A stretch of 63,244 bases of DNA, the filler included, from Octopus bimaculoides (Eukaryota): NCBI RefSeq assembly GCF_001194135.2. It is 11 parts of 9 records of this genome, joined end to end, with 100 filler letters (N's around TTAATTAATTAA, not from the genome) between each part and the next. Parts side by side here need not be neighbours in the genome. Positions count along the whole stretch, not along the records: positions 49,118 to 57,668 come from NC_068985.1; positions 57,769 to 58,805 come from NC_068987.1; positions 58,906 to 61,176 come from NW_026434284.1; positions 61,277 to 63,244 come from NC_068998.1; 7 more parts are not named here. One strand, given 5' to 3'. Under the pieces are notes generated by a model. That model saw only the letters and a list, made by a program, of their open reading frames with translations. It ran no database searches and was not told where the DNA came from. Each line of letters opens with the position of its first letter. Position 1 is the first letter of the stretch. A program made the position numbers and the translations under genes. Positions 51,723 to 63,244 of the stretch are shown piece after piece.

Positions 51723-53265
51723 CTATGTATATTTCCTATTTAGTATTGGGGAAGTTTCATTTATAAGGACGTACTCCCGTATTTGTCTTAGAGTTGAGTC
51801 TTTTGGGTGCTTGTATAAGATGCGGATGTCAAGTTGACCCAAGTTGCCTCCATGCTGGTCTTTAGCATGTTGGTTGAGTATGGAGGAATGTTTTTTGTCG
51901 TCATATTGTCTCATATGTTCGTTTAGCCGTTCCGCAATGCTCCTAGAAGTTTCACCTATATATGTCATATTCTGGTCTTTACAAGCACCTTCTATGCATT
52001 TTATGCTGTAAACTACATTTCTATTTCTGCAGTTAATGCCAGGGCTAATCCTACATACCATGCAGTTATCATTGGTACATATGGTGTTCTCCAAAGGGTA
52101 CGTCCTACATAGTTGCGACCTGATTGAGTTCGCTGGCTTTTCAACAATCTTAATGTTGAGTTTGGACTCCTTCAGGGCTTTTCTAAACCTACGCGCTAGT
52201 TCTCCATGGGCTGTGGCCTCTACAAACATCACTCCTTGATATCTGTCGATTCTATACCACGTGTTCGCCTTGTTGGCTTTGTCACAAATTCTTTGCATCA
52301 TATTCCGTTCTTTGTTTCTCTATCTAGGACAGGTGCCACTGGTATCATTACTTATAATCTTATCTAACCTCTTTATAGCTCCCCTGTATACTCGAACCAT
52401 ATCTTTCTGATCATATCCAGAGACCTGCATGCGGTGCATGAAGTTCTGTATATGTTTTTTCGTTTCATACGGTTCGCATAGTGGGTAGATATTGTTCATT
52501 ATCCTAACTAAGTCTGCTATCAGTATGTTGATCTCCATGCTGTGTGACAAAGCTGAGTTCTTGTGAACGACATGTTTTGAAGCTATGGGTTTCATATAAT
52601 ATGAGTGGAGGAGCTGCACTCTATTGTTCACAGTCTCTAACCAAAGTTCAGTATCAAGTACCGGGAGCCTATTGTTGGGGTGTTTAGTCGGGTAATCTAT
52701 AGTTACCTTGATACTTTGGTGGATGGAGTTAGCTATTTGCTGGATGCTCTCCATTGCGTTCCTTTCTGTTTCTACATGTCCGTCACTAGAGTTGGTCCTA
52801 GCTACGATATTAATGTCATCTACATATCTGCTGTAAAGTAGAAGAGTTGTGGACTGTTCTGCTAACCTATGTTTGAGTTTTCCGTACCACCAGGTCATGG
52901 AGAGGCCGGCCACATCTCCAGCTACACCAACGCTGATGGCTGCACCTTGAACCTGCATGTATAGTTTTTTGTTGAACTTTACCATGTGGTTCCTCAATGT
53001 GGTTTTTATACTGGCCCCTATTGCGTGAGCAATCATTTCCTTTACCTGATTGCTGTTCTCAGGGTTTTGGGTGGGTGCAGACCAGACATTCCAGCGTTCA
53101 GTGGTGCTTTTCTTCACTGCTGAAGTGATGGTGGGTGGTCTTCCCCTCTGTGGCCTGGTGGGGCAGAATCTACTGAGGTCATGGTCATCTAAATAGTTAC
53201 TGTCGTAGCTTAGTCTGAGGAGGAGGCCCAGTTCCCTCGTGTTGACCTTGTGGAACTCCACCTCA
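51723..53265 (-). mobile_element. Penelope-like element, 5'-truncated (RT plus C-terminal GIY-YIG), single nonsense codon at 52320
   Basis: YSRYVDDI, LPVLDTELW, HSYYMKP, C-x4-C-x2-C-x7-C, NVVY...TYIGETSR...ERLNEH. The two ORFs are in the same frame. Confidence 0.92.
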
Positions 53266-53269
53266 CTCT

Positions 53270-53945
53270 CATATACAGAACTTCATGCAACGCATGCAGT
53301 TCTCTGGATATGATCAGAAAGATAGGGTTCGAGAATAGAGGGGAGCTAGAAAGAGGTTAGATAAGATTATAAGTAATGATACCAGTGGTACCTGCCCTAG
53401 ATATAGAAACAAAGAATGGAATAGGATGCAAAGAATTTGTGACAAAGCCAACAATGCGAACACGTGGTATAGAATCGACAGATATCAAGGAGTGATGTTT
53501 GTAGAGGCCACAGCCCATGGAGAACTAGCGCGTAGGTTTAGAAAAGCCCTGAAGGAGTCCAAACTCAACATTAAGATGGTTGAAAAGCCAGGGAACTCAA
53601 TCAGGTCGCAACTATGTATGACGTACCCTTTTGAGAATACCATATGTACCAATGATAACTGCATGGTATGTAGGATTAGCCCTGGCATTAACTGCAGAAA
53701 TAGAAATGTAGTTTACAGCATAAAATGCATAGAAGGTGCTTGTAAAGACCAGAATATGACATATATAGGTGAAACTTCTAGGAGCATTGCGGAACGGCTA
53801 AACGAACATATGAGACAATATGACGACAAAAAACATTCCTCCATACTCTACCAACATGCAAACACGCACATACATGCATATATACATACACACACATACA
53901 TACATATATACATATGCACACACGCAGACATACACACATACACGC
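53270..53945 (+). mobile_element. Inverted partial duplicate of the same Penelope 3' region
   Basis: 53270-53859 is the reverse complement of 51865-52454 with few differences. It then jumps at catgc to match about 51220-51312. Confidence 0.92.
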
Positions 53946-54370
53946 NNNNNNNNNNNNNNNNNNNNNNNNNNNNNNNNNNNNNNNNNNNNNNNNNNNNNNN
54001 NNNNNNNNNNNNNNNNNNNNNNNNNNNNNNNNNNNNNNNNNNNNNNNNNNNNNNNNNNNNNNNNNNNNNNNNNNNNNNNNNNNNNNNNNNNNNNNNNNNN
54101 NNNNNNNNNNNNNNNNNNNNNNNNNNNNNNNNNNNNNNNNNNNNNNNNNNNNNNNNNNNNNNNNNNNNNNNNNNNNNNNNNNNNNNNNNNNNNNNNNNNN
54201 NNNNNNNNNNNNNNNNNNNNNNNNNNNNNNNNNNNNNNNNNNNNNNTAGAGAAAGGAACTGACGCACATGAACTCATACATGAAAAGTCCACATTCCCAT
54301 ATAGAAAAAATTAATAAGTAAATACACGATAAGTATAATAAAATACAAAGCAAAAATCATAAAATAATAA

Positions 54371-54416
<46 letters not shown>

Positions 54417-55214
54417 TATACAATTATATTGTATACTGTGAAACGTAATTTAATTTTAATTCTTGATAAATTGAATTTAATTGAGTTTTTACTTGTAAAT
54501 TTTGATTTTATCCCTATTATTATTATTATTATAATTATTATTATTATTATTATTACATATATATATATATATATATTATTCCTCATTTATTTTCTTCTTG
54601 TTAAAGCATTTTTACTGGCTAACACCTTAACTGAGTTCCTTTGTTTATTTCTCAAATACGAGTCAACGTATTCGAGGACTTGGTGGAAATAGCATCCAGC
54701 TCCCCGTCCACCCCAAAATCGAAATGAACAATGCATTTACATCTTTTTAAGTAAGCCTACAATTAGAATACCGTTCAGAAATGTGTATTATCAGGCTTGA
54801 TATGAATATAATCAAAAATAATAACTAGTATTTTCTGTTTATAATTAACAACCATCTTTATCACAAATTCGTGTTTTATTTTTTCCATTAACATTGACTG
54901 GAATGTAGTTTTCTCAGACGTCTGCTACGACACACGTCATCTCTGCCTCTTGTGAATTCTTCAATGTTGTCGTGATATCTTCATTGTATACTGTTCTCCG
55001 TTGTCTGAAGCCTTCAGAGAAATCATATTTGATGTAGTATTTCTCCTCTGCGTTTACATCTCATATACTTATATGTTGCCGCATTGGTTTGTTGTCTTTT
55101 CTTTGTTACGTAGAAAAAAGTTGAGACAAGAGTGATGCACTTCATGCAAACAACAAGCCGATGTCCTGTTTAGTTCTATTTCTTTATAACAGCCAAATAG
55201 TGTGTGCGCGTGTG

Positions 55215-55253
<39 letters not shown>

Positions 55254-55536
55254 TGTGTGCGCGTTTGTGTGTGTGTGCGTTTGTGTGTGTATGCGCGTGT
55301 GTGTGTGTAATGTATGTATGCCTGTTAGCTTCTTCGCCTCTCTTCTTGACTCTTAATCAATCAGTTAATCTCACAATATACTTGTCTCTGCTTGTGTGTT
55401 TGTCTTCTGTTCCTCTCTCTCGCTTTCTCTCACTCTTGTTGCATTTCTAACTTTCTCTTTGTATGTTTGTACTATAGAGTGAATATGTGCACATGTGTGT
55501 GTGTCTGCTCATATATGAGTAAGAGTAAATAAATGC

Positions 55537-55600
<64 letters not shown>

Positions 55601-55674
55601 TAACAACAACAATCATAATAGTAATAATTATAATGATAATAGTAATAATAAAAATGATAATAATTATTATTATA

Positions 55675-56530
55675 TTGGGCATAAATGCCGATGAAATGAT
55701 GGGCAAGGAAGAGTTAAACCAAAGAGCTGAGGAGAAGAGAAAAGAACACCTTCTTGAAATGAGAATGTATGGACAGTTTGAAAGGAATACACAGGACGTG
55801 GGCATGACTTGAGCGAAGTAATTTCAAGCGTACTACCGAAAGCCTGATCATTGCTGCACAAGTTCAGGCTCCGGCTACCAATTCAGTGACGTATAACATC
55901 TATAAAACTTCTGACACCCAGAAATGCAAACACAAGCGAAAGAGTGTGGAAAATGTGACCCACTCGGTAAGTGGATGTGCGAGCCTTGCACATAAAGAAT
56001 ACAAGCGCCGCCACGATAAGGTGTGTGAGTATCTCCATTGTCTCAGAGAACTGGTATGAGCATATACCAAGTAACGTTATGCAGGAGGATGGAAAAGTAA
56101 CGATACTCTGGATCTGTGATTTTCAGACGGATCGTGTAATCGAATACTTTCTGCCGAATATATCCATATTGAATACGAGAGACAAATACTGTCAGATCAT
56201 TGATATAGCCATACCAGAGGACATGGATGTTGTGAGTAAAGAGGTTGAAAAAATCACCAACTATCCGAATCGAAAGTGGAAATGGCAAGACTATATGCAA
56301 TGCCAGAGAGTAATGTAAAAGCAAAACCGCTGGTGATCGGAGCATTGGGCTCAATCCCATTGAAACTTCAAGACTTCTTAAGGCAACAAGAAATCCCATG
56401 CATGATTGATGTCTTGCAAAAAACAGACTTATTGGGCACAACACACATCTTACGGAAAGTATTATCTGTCTGAGGTTCTTCTTGTGACTTGACAGATGAC
56501 TCTGGTACACTTTTAACTACACTATGTTAT
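55675..56530 (+). mobile_element. RLE-type (R4/Dong-like) LINE 3' fragment between trinucleotide tracts
   Basis: YGQF, TESLIIAAQ, YKRRHDKV, WYEH.P, ILW.DFQTD, IIDIAIP.D, P.VIGALG and ILRKVLS*. Flanked by (TAA)n upstream and (TAC)n/(TAA)n downstream. Confidence 0.88.
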
Positions 56531-56537
56531 AAAGAAA

Positions 56538-56585
<48 letters not shown>

Positions 56586-56688
56586 AAATACTACTGCTAC
56601 TGCTGCTACTACTACTACTACTGCTGTAACTGCTGCTACTGCTGCTGCTACTACTACTACTGCTACTATTACTACAAATAATAATAAC

Positions 56689-56723
<35 letters not shown>

Positions 56724-57599
56724 CAACAACAACAATCCAATTGGTTTTTCGTACGTACCTGACGCGTGTGTCACGCTTAAGAGAAAGAAAGTTTTGAAAG
56801 AAAATTTGCTGCTGAAATAAAATATTTAACAAGATCTCTTTCTGGTAATTTCTGGAAGAGATTTGAAACAATCACCGAAGCAACAACGATATTAATGAGA
56901 AAATTAAGACACTTAAATTTGACGTGTGTGTCGAGAAGGCAGAGAGGCAGTGAGAGAGAAAGAGAAAAAGTGAGTGAGTGGATGATAATTATTTGAATTC
57001 TTTGTACGATTGAACTGTTTTTGACCACTGGCTTTTAAAGGCCCAGCCACACACGCACAGACATGAATACACATACACACACGCGAACACATGCACACAC
57101 ACATTTGTTTTAGGACTTCTATTCGTTTGAATTCGGCCGAACACCAGATAACATGTTAAGTCTTATATTCCAAAATTTAAATTTTGAATTTGTCTTAATT
57201 ATAAAATTACATCTCAGCTGAAAAACATCATTTGGCTTTCCAATACAACTTTTCTTCCTCTTCCTATATATTTGTTAAGTTACAATTTCTCTGTATTGAT
57301 CAGGATTGTTCCAATTTCTTTCTTGTATCAAGTAATTCATTGGAGTTTGGATAATGCACCTTTGGAAACATGAGTATTTCGTTCAATATCCTTAAACAAC
57401 CCTTATTTGAGCGGGATTGACTATTCGACCTGAAGGAAATTGTAACTGTTTATCTTGATATGAGATCACCATGTCGCGCACATATTGTTGTGATTCATGT
57501 TGCTGATATACTCTCATCAGACGAGTAGGCATGATGGGCAAACTGGGCTTCGTATATTTTACACCACTGTCACTTTAATAGCATGTATTGCTCTCTCAC

Positions 57600-57668
<69 letters not shown>

Positions 57669-60600
57669 NNNNNNNNNNNNNNNNNNNNNNNNNNNNNNNN
57701 NNNNNNNNNNNNTTAATTAATTAANNNNNNNNNNNNNNNNNNNNNNNNNNNNNNNNNNNNNNNNNNNNATATATATATATATATATATAAAATTTGTTTA
57801 CAGAAAACATTTTGAATATGCAAATAAAGCTCCTATTCCATTATGCCAGCCACAGACTAATGATGCTGACTGGTGAACCAGTTATTTTGTTCATCAGTTT
57901 TTGTTTTACTCAATCAACCTTTTTCACAGGTCAAAAGGGATAAACAACCCTCAGTTAAACATCCATTAATGGTACATCGCCTAAAGAAATGAATCCATGA
58001 AGATGATCTACCCGATGCCAACAGATACTACGAACTACACCGTAATCATCTCAGGAATGCAAACTGTGATCTTAAGAGATTTGTAGAAACGTGCGTAACC
58101 ATGCATTAAAATATTCATAAGTTCCATCCAAGGGTAATTCTCGTTATTAGTATATACTAGCAGAAAGACTACACTCCGGGCGGTTTTCTGCTAGCCCCTT
58201 TTATAATATTTTCACATTTGATTTCCAATTCTAATAATTTTTATATTTTACGTCTAATTATTTCATTGCATAATAGCGTTCACTTGCTTAGTAAATATTG
58301 CTTTCGCTATTTTATCACAGTCATAATCTCTCTTTTTTAAACAAATATCACGGTAGTCCAACAACATAGGGAGAAGCAGTTTGTCAAGTTTTACCTTCCC
58401 CTGAAAGCAACATAAAGTTTACAATTCAGCAGCCCATCTGTAAGTTTTGCAGTGTGCGTGTGTGTGAGAGAAAACATTGCAAACAATGAATGAAATAAGC
58501 ATGAAATGAAAAAATCGTATAAATAAAAGGGTATTACTACAGATGTATACGCCCCCGACTTTGTTGCCTAATAACATCCAAGAAAATGGATACTTTTTAA
58601 CAAAATTTTCCTCAAATACCGCTTAGATGTTGCAGTTTCAGAGTTTATAAGGATTTATGAGAAAGAAATTTTGCGAGGGGGTGGAGCAAGGAGTTTCGAA
58701 AAATTCACACGATCTGAATTTTTTTCCTCATAACGTTTAGAAAGATGGATATCTTTTAGTGAAAATTTATACAAATCCCTTTCAAACGGCATAGATTACG
58801 ACTATNNNNNNNNNNNNNNNNNNNNNNNNNNNNNNNNNNNNNNNNNNNNTTAATTAATTAANNNNNNNNNNNNNNNNNNNNNNNNNNNNNNNNNNNNNNN
58901 NNNNNATATATATGTACGTAGTAATGTATGTATATATGTCTTTTGGAGTGACTTCATATAAAATCGTGTTATATGTACATACAGCTCATGTTTACATATT
59001 TCAACGCAAACCGAACTTATTACATTCTCACCTGTTTTAATATATTTCTTGTATCTTTATGTGTTGCTTTATTTCACATTATACACTAAACAGAAGTACA
59101 CTCAGATACACACACGCGCGCACACACACTCACTCACACACACACTGACAATGAAATACCACTTATCATATGCGCGTGTGTATATGTGTATATGCGTGTG
59201 TATATGTGTATATGCGTAGGTATATGTGTATATGCGTAGGTATATGGCATTCACTATTCCATCAAAATATATGAATACAAGTTTAAATCTCAGATATAAT
59301 CCGATGTTGTCGCATTACAGGCTTTTTACTATATATTCCTTAAATCTGCACGTCTAGTTTATTTCAAATGACACATTAAACCCCCATAGACACATACACA
59401 CCTAGTATTACATACGTGTACGAGTTTGTGATCTTGAGTGTATGTGTGTGTCCGTGTTTGCGTCTAGCATTCATAACTGTGTCAATATATTTGACTACAT
59501 TGTCTATTTCTTAAATATATAAATATCGAGGTTTTCGCGTTAACACTTCTTAAGAAAGGAATTCTTTATACCTCCTTGTCCTGCTTTATTTCGAATGATA
59601 CATTAAAGGCACGAATACGTAGATACACACACACACACTAACATTATGTGGTAAATGAGTGGTTGTGCGTGGACGTGCGTGTTGATGTTATGTGTACAGT
59701 ACATACGTTTATGCAAAGTATTTGAATAATAGTTCAAATTTAATAACATGAGATAAGCTAAGAGTATAGCGCCATGAGCAGCCAGAAGCATTACCCTCAC
59801 CAACACTGGCACAGTATAATTGATCATTGATATCATCGTCCCCGATCATTGATATCAATGCTGCATTAACATCAACAATGAATATCTATAACAGTTGTGT
59901 ATATGAAAATTNNNNNNNNNNNNNNNNNNNNNNNNNNNNNNNNNNNNNNNNNNNNNNNNNNNNNNNNNNNNNNNNNNNNNNNNNNNNNNNNNNNNNNNNN
60001 NNNNNNNNNNNNNNNNNNNNNNNNNNNNNNNNNNNNNNNNNNNNNNNNNNNNNNNNNNNNNNNNNNNNNNNNNNNNNNNNNNNNNNNNNNNNNNNNNNNN
60101 NNNNNNNNNNNNNNNNNNNNNNNNNNNNNNNNNNNNNNNNNNNNNNNNNNNNNNNNNNNNNNNNNNNNNNNNNNNNNNNNNNNNNNNNNNNNNNNNNNNN
60201 NNNNNNNNNNNNNNNNNNNNNNNNNNNNNNNNNNNNNNNNNNNNNNNNNNNNNNNNNNNNNNNNNNNNNNNNNNNNNNNNNNNNNNNNNNNNNNNNNNNN
60301 NNNNNNNNNNNNNNNNNNNNNNNNNNNNNNNNNNNNNNNNNNNNNNNNNNNNNNNNNNNNNNNNNNNNNNNNNNNNNNNNNNNNNNNNNNNNNNNNNNNN
60401 NNNNNNNNNNNNNNNNNNNNNNNNNNNNNNNNNNNNNNNNNNNNNNNNNNNNNNNNNNNNNNNNNNNNNNNNNNNNNNNNNNNNNNNNNNNNNNNNNNNN
60501 NNNNNNNNNNNNNNNNNNNNNNNNNNNNNNNNNNNNNNNNNNNNNNNNNNNNNNNNNNNNNNNNNNNNNNNNNNNNNNNNNNNNNNNNNNNNNNNNNNNN

Positions 60601-60906
60601 NNNNNNNNNNNNNNNNNNNNNNNNNNNNNNNNNNNNNNNNNNNNNNNNNNNNNNNNNNNNNNNNNNNNNNNNNNNNNNNNNNNNNNNNNNNNNNNNNNNN
60701 NNNNNNNNNNNNNNNNNNNNNNNNNNNNNNNNNNNNNNNNNNNNNNNNNNNNNNNNNNNNNNNNNNNNNNNNNNNNNNNNNNNNNNNNNNNNNNNNNNNN
60801 NNNNNNNNNNNNNNNNNNNNNNNNNNNNNNNNNNNNNNNNNNNNNNNNNNNNNNNNNNNNNNNNNNNNNNNNNNNNNNNNNNNNNNNNNNNNNNNNNNNN
60901 NNNNNN

Positions 60907-60967
<61 letters not shown>

Positions 60968-61276
60968 TCTTATGTATATGTTTGTGTGCACGGATATATG
61001 CGTATATACGAGAATATGCGTATATGCATGATTTACTTGTAAATAGACGCCTATCGATAGAAGGATAAACATACGTTTGATAACAGTATAATAGATAGAT
61101 AGCAAAATAGGGATAGATACCTAGAGAGGGAGATGGGGAGGAGAGAAATACAGAGACGCAGACAGATATATATATANNNNNNNNNNNNNNNNNNNNNNNN
61201 NNNNNNNNNNNNNNNNNNNNTTAATTAATTAANNNNNNNNNNNNNNNNNNNNNNNNNNNNNNNNNNNNNNNNNNNN

Positions 61277-62024
61277 AACCTTCTTCCCACAGTATGTGGG
61301 AAGGAACAAAATCTTCGCCCCTACAAGGGGCTGGCTTGCTACATTGCAAGCCTCTTCAGGGGAGTCAAATAGCAACCACACCATTGCGTACTTGACTCCC
61401 CTGGAAATATAACAAATTTTCACTAGTAACAAACTTGCCAGCTCTTCGTCAATTATTTCTTTATCGAAGAGGGCAATGGCGTCGCGTGACCTAGAATAGG
61501 TCCGCATGACCACTGCCCTCTTCTCCATGTCATTCAGCCACTGCTTGGGCGGGACAATTTCCCACTCCAAGATAGTAGCTCCATTATTTTTTGCCATCTT
61601 TCATAGATAGAAAGTTTGTAAAAAAAGTCCAAATAAAAATGTTCGCAAAAAGGGGAAGAAAAAAATTAAAAACAAAAACAGTTCAAAATAAAGAAACAGA
61701 CAAAGAAGAGAAGAAAAAGACAGTTCCACACGGCAAAAACACGAATTGGCCAACAGGTAATCCAGGCCTTCAGATACGCCCCCAAAACAAATATTACAGT
61801 AGTATAATAGCCGCCGAAAGCAGGCGAAATTGCCCCAGAGCTGGGCGAAATTTACTGCAAAAAACATTAAACCAACAATAAATCTCATCCAGCTCAAATA
61901 AAACAATTCCACCTACCTCGGTCAACTTCAAAGTTCAATCTTGGGCGGGGTTAAAAAACACCCGTCCACTTTGCTCCTCGGGTCTACAGGAAGTAGCAAG
62001 CAACACCAACACGCAAGACCGGAA
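61277..62024 (-). mobile_element. Probable 5' end (UTR plus ORF1 start) of a Tx1/L1-type LINE
   Basis: ORF 61229..61597 (AVVMRTYS, YISRG.KY, LFLPTYCGK) resembles remembered ORF1s of such elements. About 430 nt of UTR precede it. No diagnostic catalytic motif is visible before the gap. Confidence 0.5.
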
Positions 62025-62062
62025 GTAAGAAAGCTACTTACCACACAGCCACTCCTGCGCCT
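62025..62062 (-). mobile_element. First 38 nt of the major SINE head
   Basis: ggcgcaggagtggctgtgtggtaagtagctttcttac on the minus strand, then an abrupt switch to the LINE-like 5' UTR. Confidence 0.85.
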
Positions 62063-62064
62063 GA

Positions 62065-62107
<43 letters not shown>

Positions 62108-63091
62108 TGTGTGTGTGCGTGCGTGTGTGTGTATGTGTGTGTGTGTGTATGTATGTATATATATATATGAAATGAATTGATAAAAAGTTCAATTAGAGGT
62201 CGGATAAGCTTCATTAAGAGATTGTAATATTCAATGAATTACTGGTTACCTAGTATTTGTTGTGAATGTTAATTATAATACTCATGAATAATAGGCAATT
62301 AGATAAACCAAGGTTTCTATTTATTCAAGAAAAATAAGAAAGTGGAGATACATCAATTAATAAGTATATTCATTAACTTCAAAAATTGACATGATCTCTA
62401 ACAGCTGTTTCGATTCATGCATTAAAGATTATAATTGTAATAATTAAATCATTTTATAAAGCAGAATCTCGTTAGAAGCAGAAAAAAGATATACCAGTAT
62501 ATTATTATTTGTTAAGTATACAGAACATTACAGCAAACTGAGTATTGTTATATGGATAAGTTTGGTATAAACCTTTTAAGGGGAACATAGGGTGTATATT
62601 TAGTAGGAAAGTAAATATATATCAATATACCCTAGATAATAGTTAAAAGTTATAGAGATATATAATAAATAGTAATTTACCATGTATGTAAGTATCATAT
62701 TAATATTGGGGTAAATACATTTATAGCTTATTATTATAGAGATTAGTAATAAGTAGAAGTTATTAATAGTCAAAATCCAATAGATTAAATATGTCTAATA
62801 AATATATGTAAAAATCTATTAATTATATGCGGAAAAAATTATATAAATATGATTAATATATTAATTATATTCATATACAAAAGTACCTATGTTCAAAAAG
62901 AGTTCGATTAAACATGATAATAAAATAATTAGGGGAGAATTCACACACAAAAAAAAGACGAAAATAGGTGGTGTAGACTACAAACAGATGTATTAATTTA
63001 ACGCTCGGGAAGTAAAAAAAAGTCTTTAACATTTCGAGCCTACGCTCTTCCACAGAAAGGAACACAGGAGGAAAAGAAACAAGGAGTCTTT

Positions 63092-63244
63092 TACTCTTTT
63101 ACTTGTTTCAGCCATTTGATTGCGGCCATGCTGGAGCACCCCAGGACTTATTCTTTGTAAGCCTAGTACTTATTCTATCGTTCTCTTTTGCTGAACCGCA
63201 AAAGTTATGGGGACGTAAACACACCAGCATCGGTTGTCAAGCGA
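63092..63244 (-). mobile_element. Major SINE tail, running off the window
   Basis: Similarity to the other copies. Confidence 0.85.

Noticed and set aside
54915-55062. Minus-strand coding-looking run DVNAEEKYYIKYDFSEGFRQRR...
   Set aside because: Bounded by an upstream stop, with no acceptor or start and no recognisable homology.
57930-58133. AG/GT-bounded 204-bp exon-like block that might be NEK exon 2
   Set aside because: All three frames contain stops, and there are no kinase motifs.
59707-59791. Short hydrophobic minus-strand ORF (MLLAAHGAILLAYLMLL...) followed by gtatgt
   Set aside because: Too short and unsupported to call an exon.
2157-61232. Regularly recurring palindrome TTAATTAATTAA
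   Set aside because: Always centred in N runs, so it is an assembly spacer and not biology.

Overview
Repeat-saturated animal genomic DNA from a gapped draft assembly, with many N runs and artificial TTAATTAATTAA spacers. The (AT)n/(AC)n/(GATA)n density and the dominant tRNA-derived SINE suggest an octopus; this is inference from remembered repeat sequences, not a search. Three host genes are recognisable. COG2 has five phase-consistent GT-AG 3' exons on the minus strand (24526 to 16811). A TMEM272-like gene has a terminal exon at 34719-35149 (+). A NEK4-like kinase has its first coding exon at 47666-47788 (+). The rest is mostly decayed mobile DNA: Tx1/L1, RTE and RLE-type (R4/Dong-like) LINEs, two Penelope-like elements, two Gypsy elements, a DD34E Tc1 transposon, hAT and MULE-like MITEs with TSDs, and several SINE families. 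The best leads are: (i) two Tx1-type junctions that break the major SINE head around the same 15 bp, suggesting a SINE-targeting LINE; (ii) a Penelope GIY-YIG domain with a roughly 150-aa Asn/Ser-rich insert that is in frame once one 59-bp duplication is removed; (iii) two long fold-back hairpins at 27.5-28.5 kb; (iv) near-perfect 65-bp inverted repeats bracketing the NEK4-like exon; (v) an RTE with an inverted piece of its own endonuclease in its 5' UTR; (vi) a decayed minimal hammerhead ribozyme. All family assignments rest on motif recognition only. No prokaryote-type system or CRISPR array is present.
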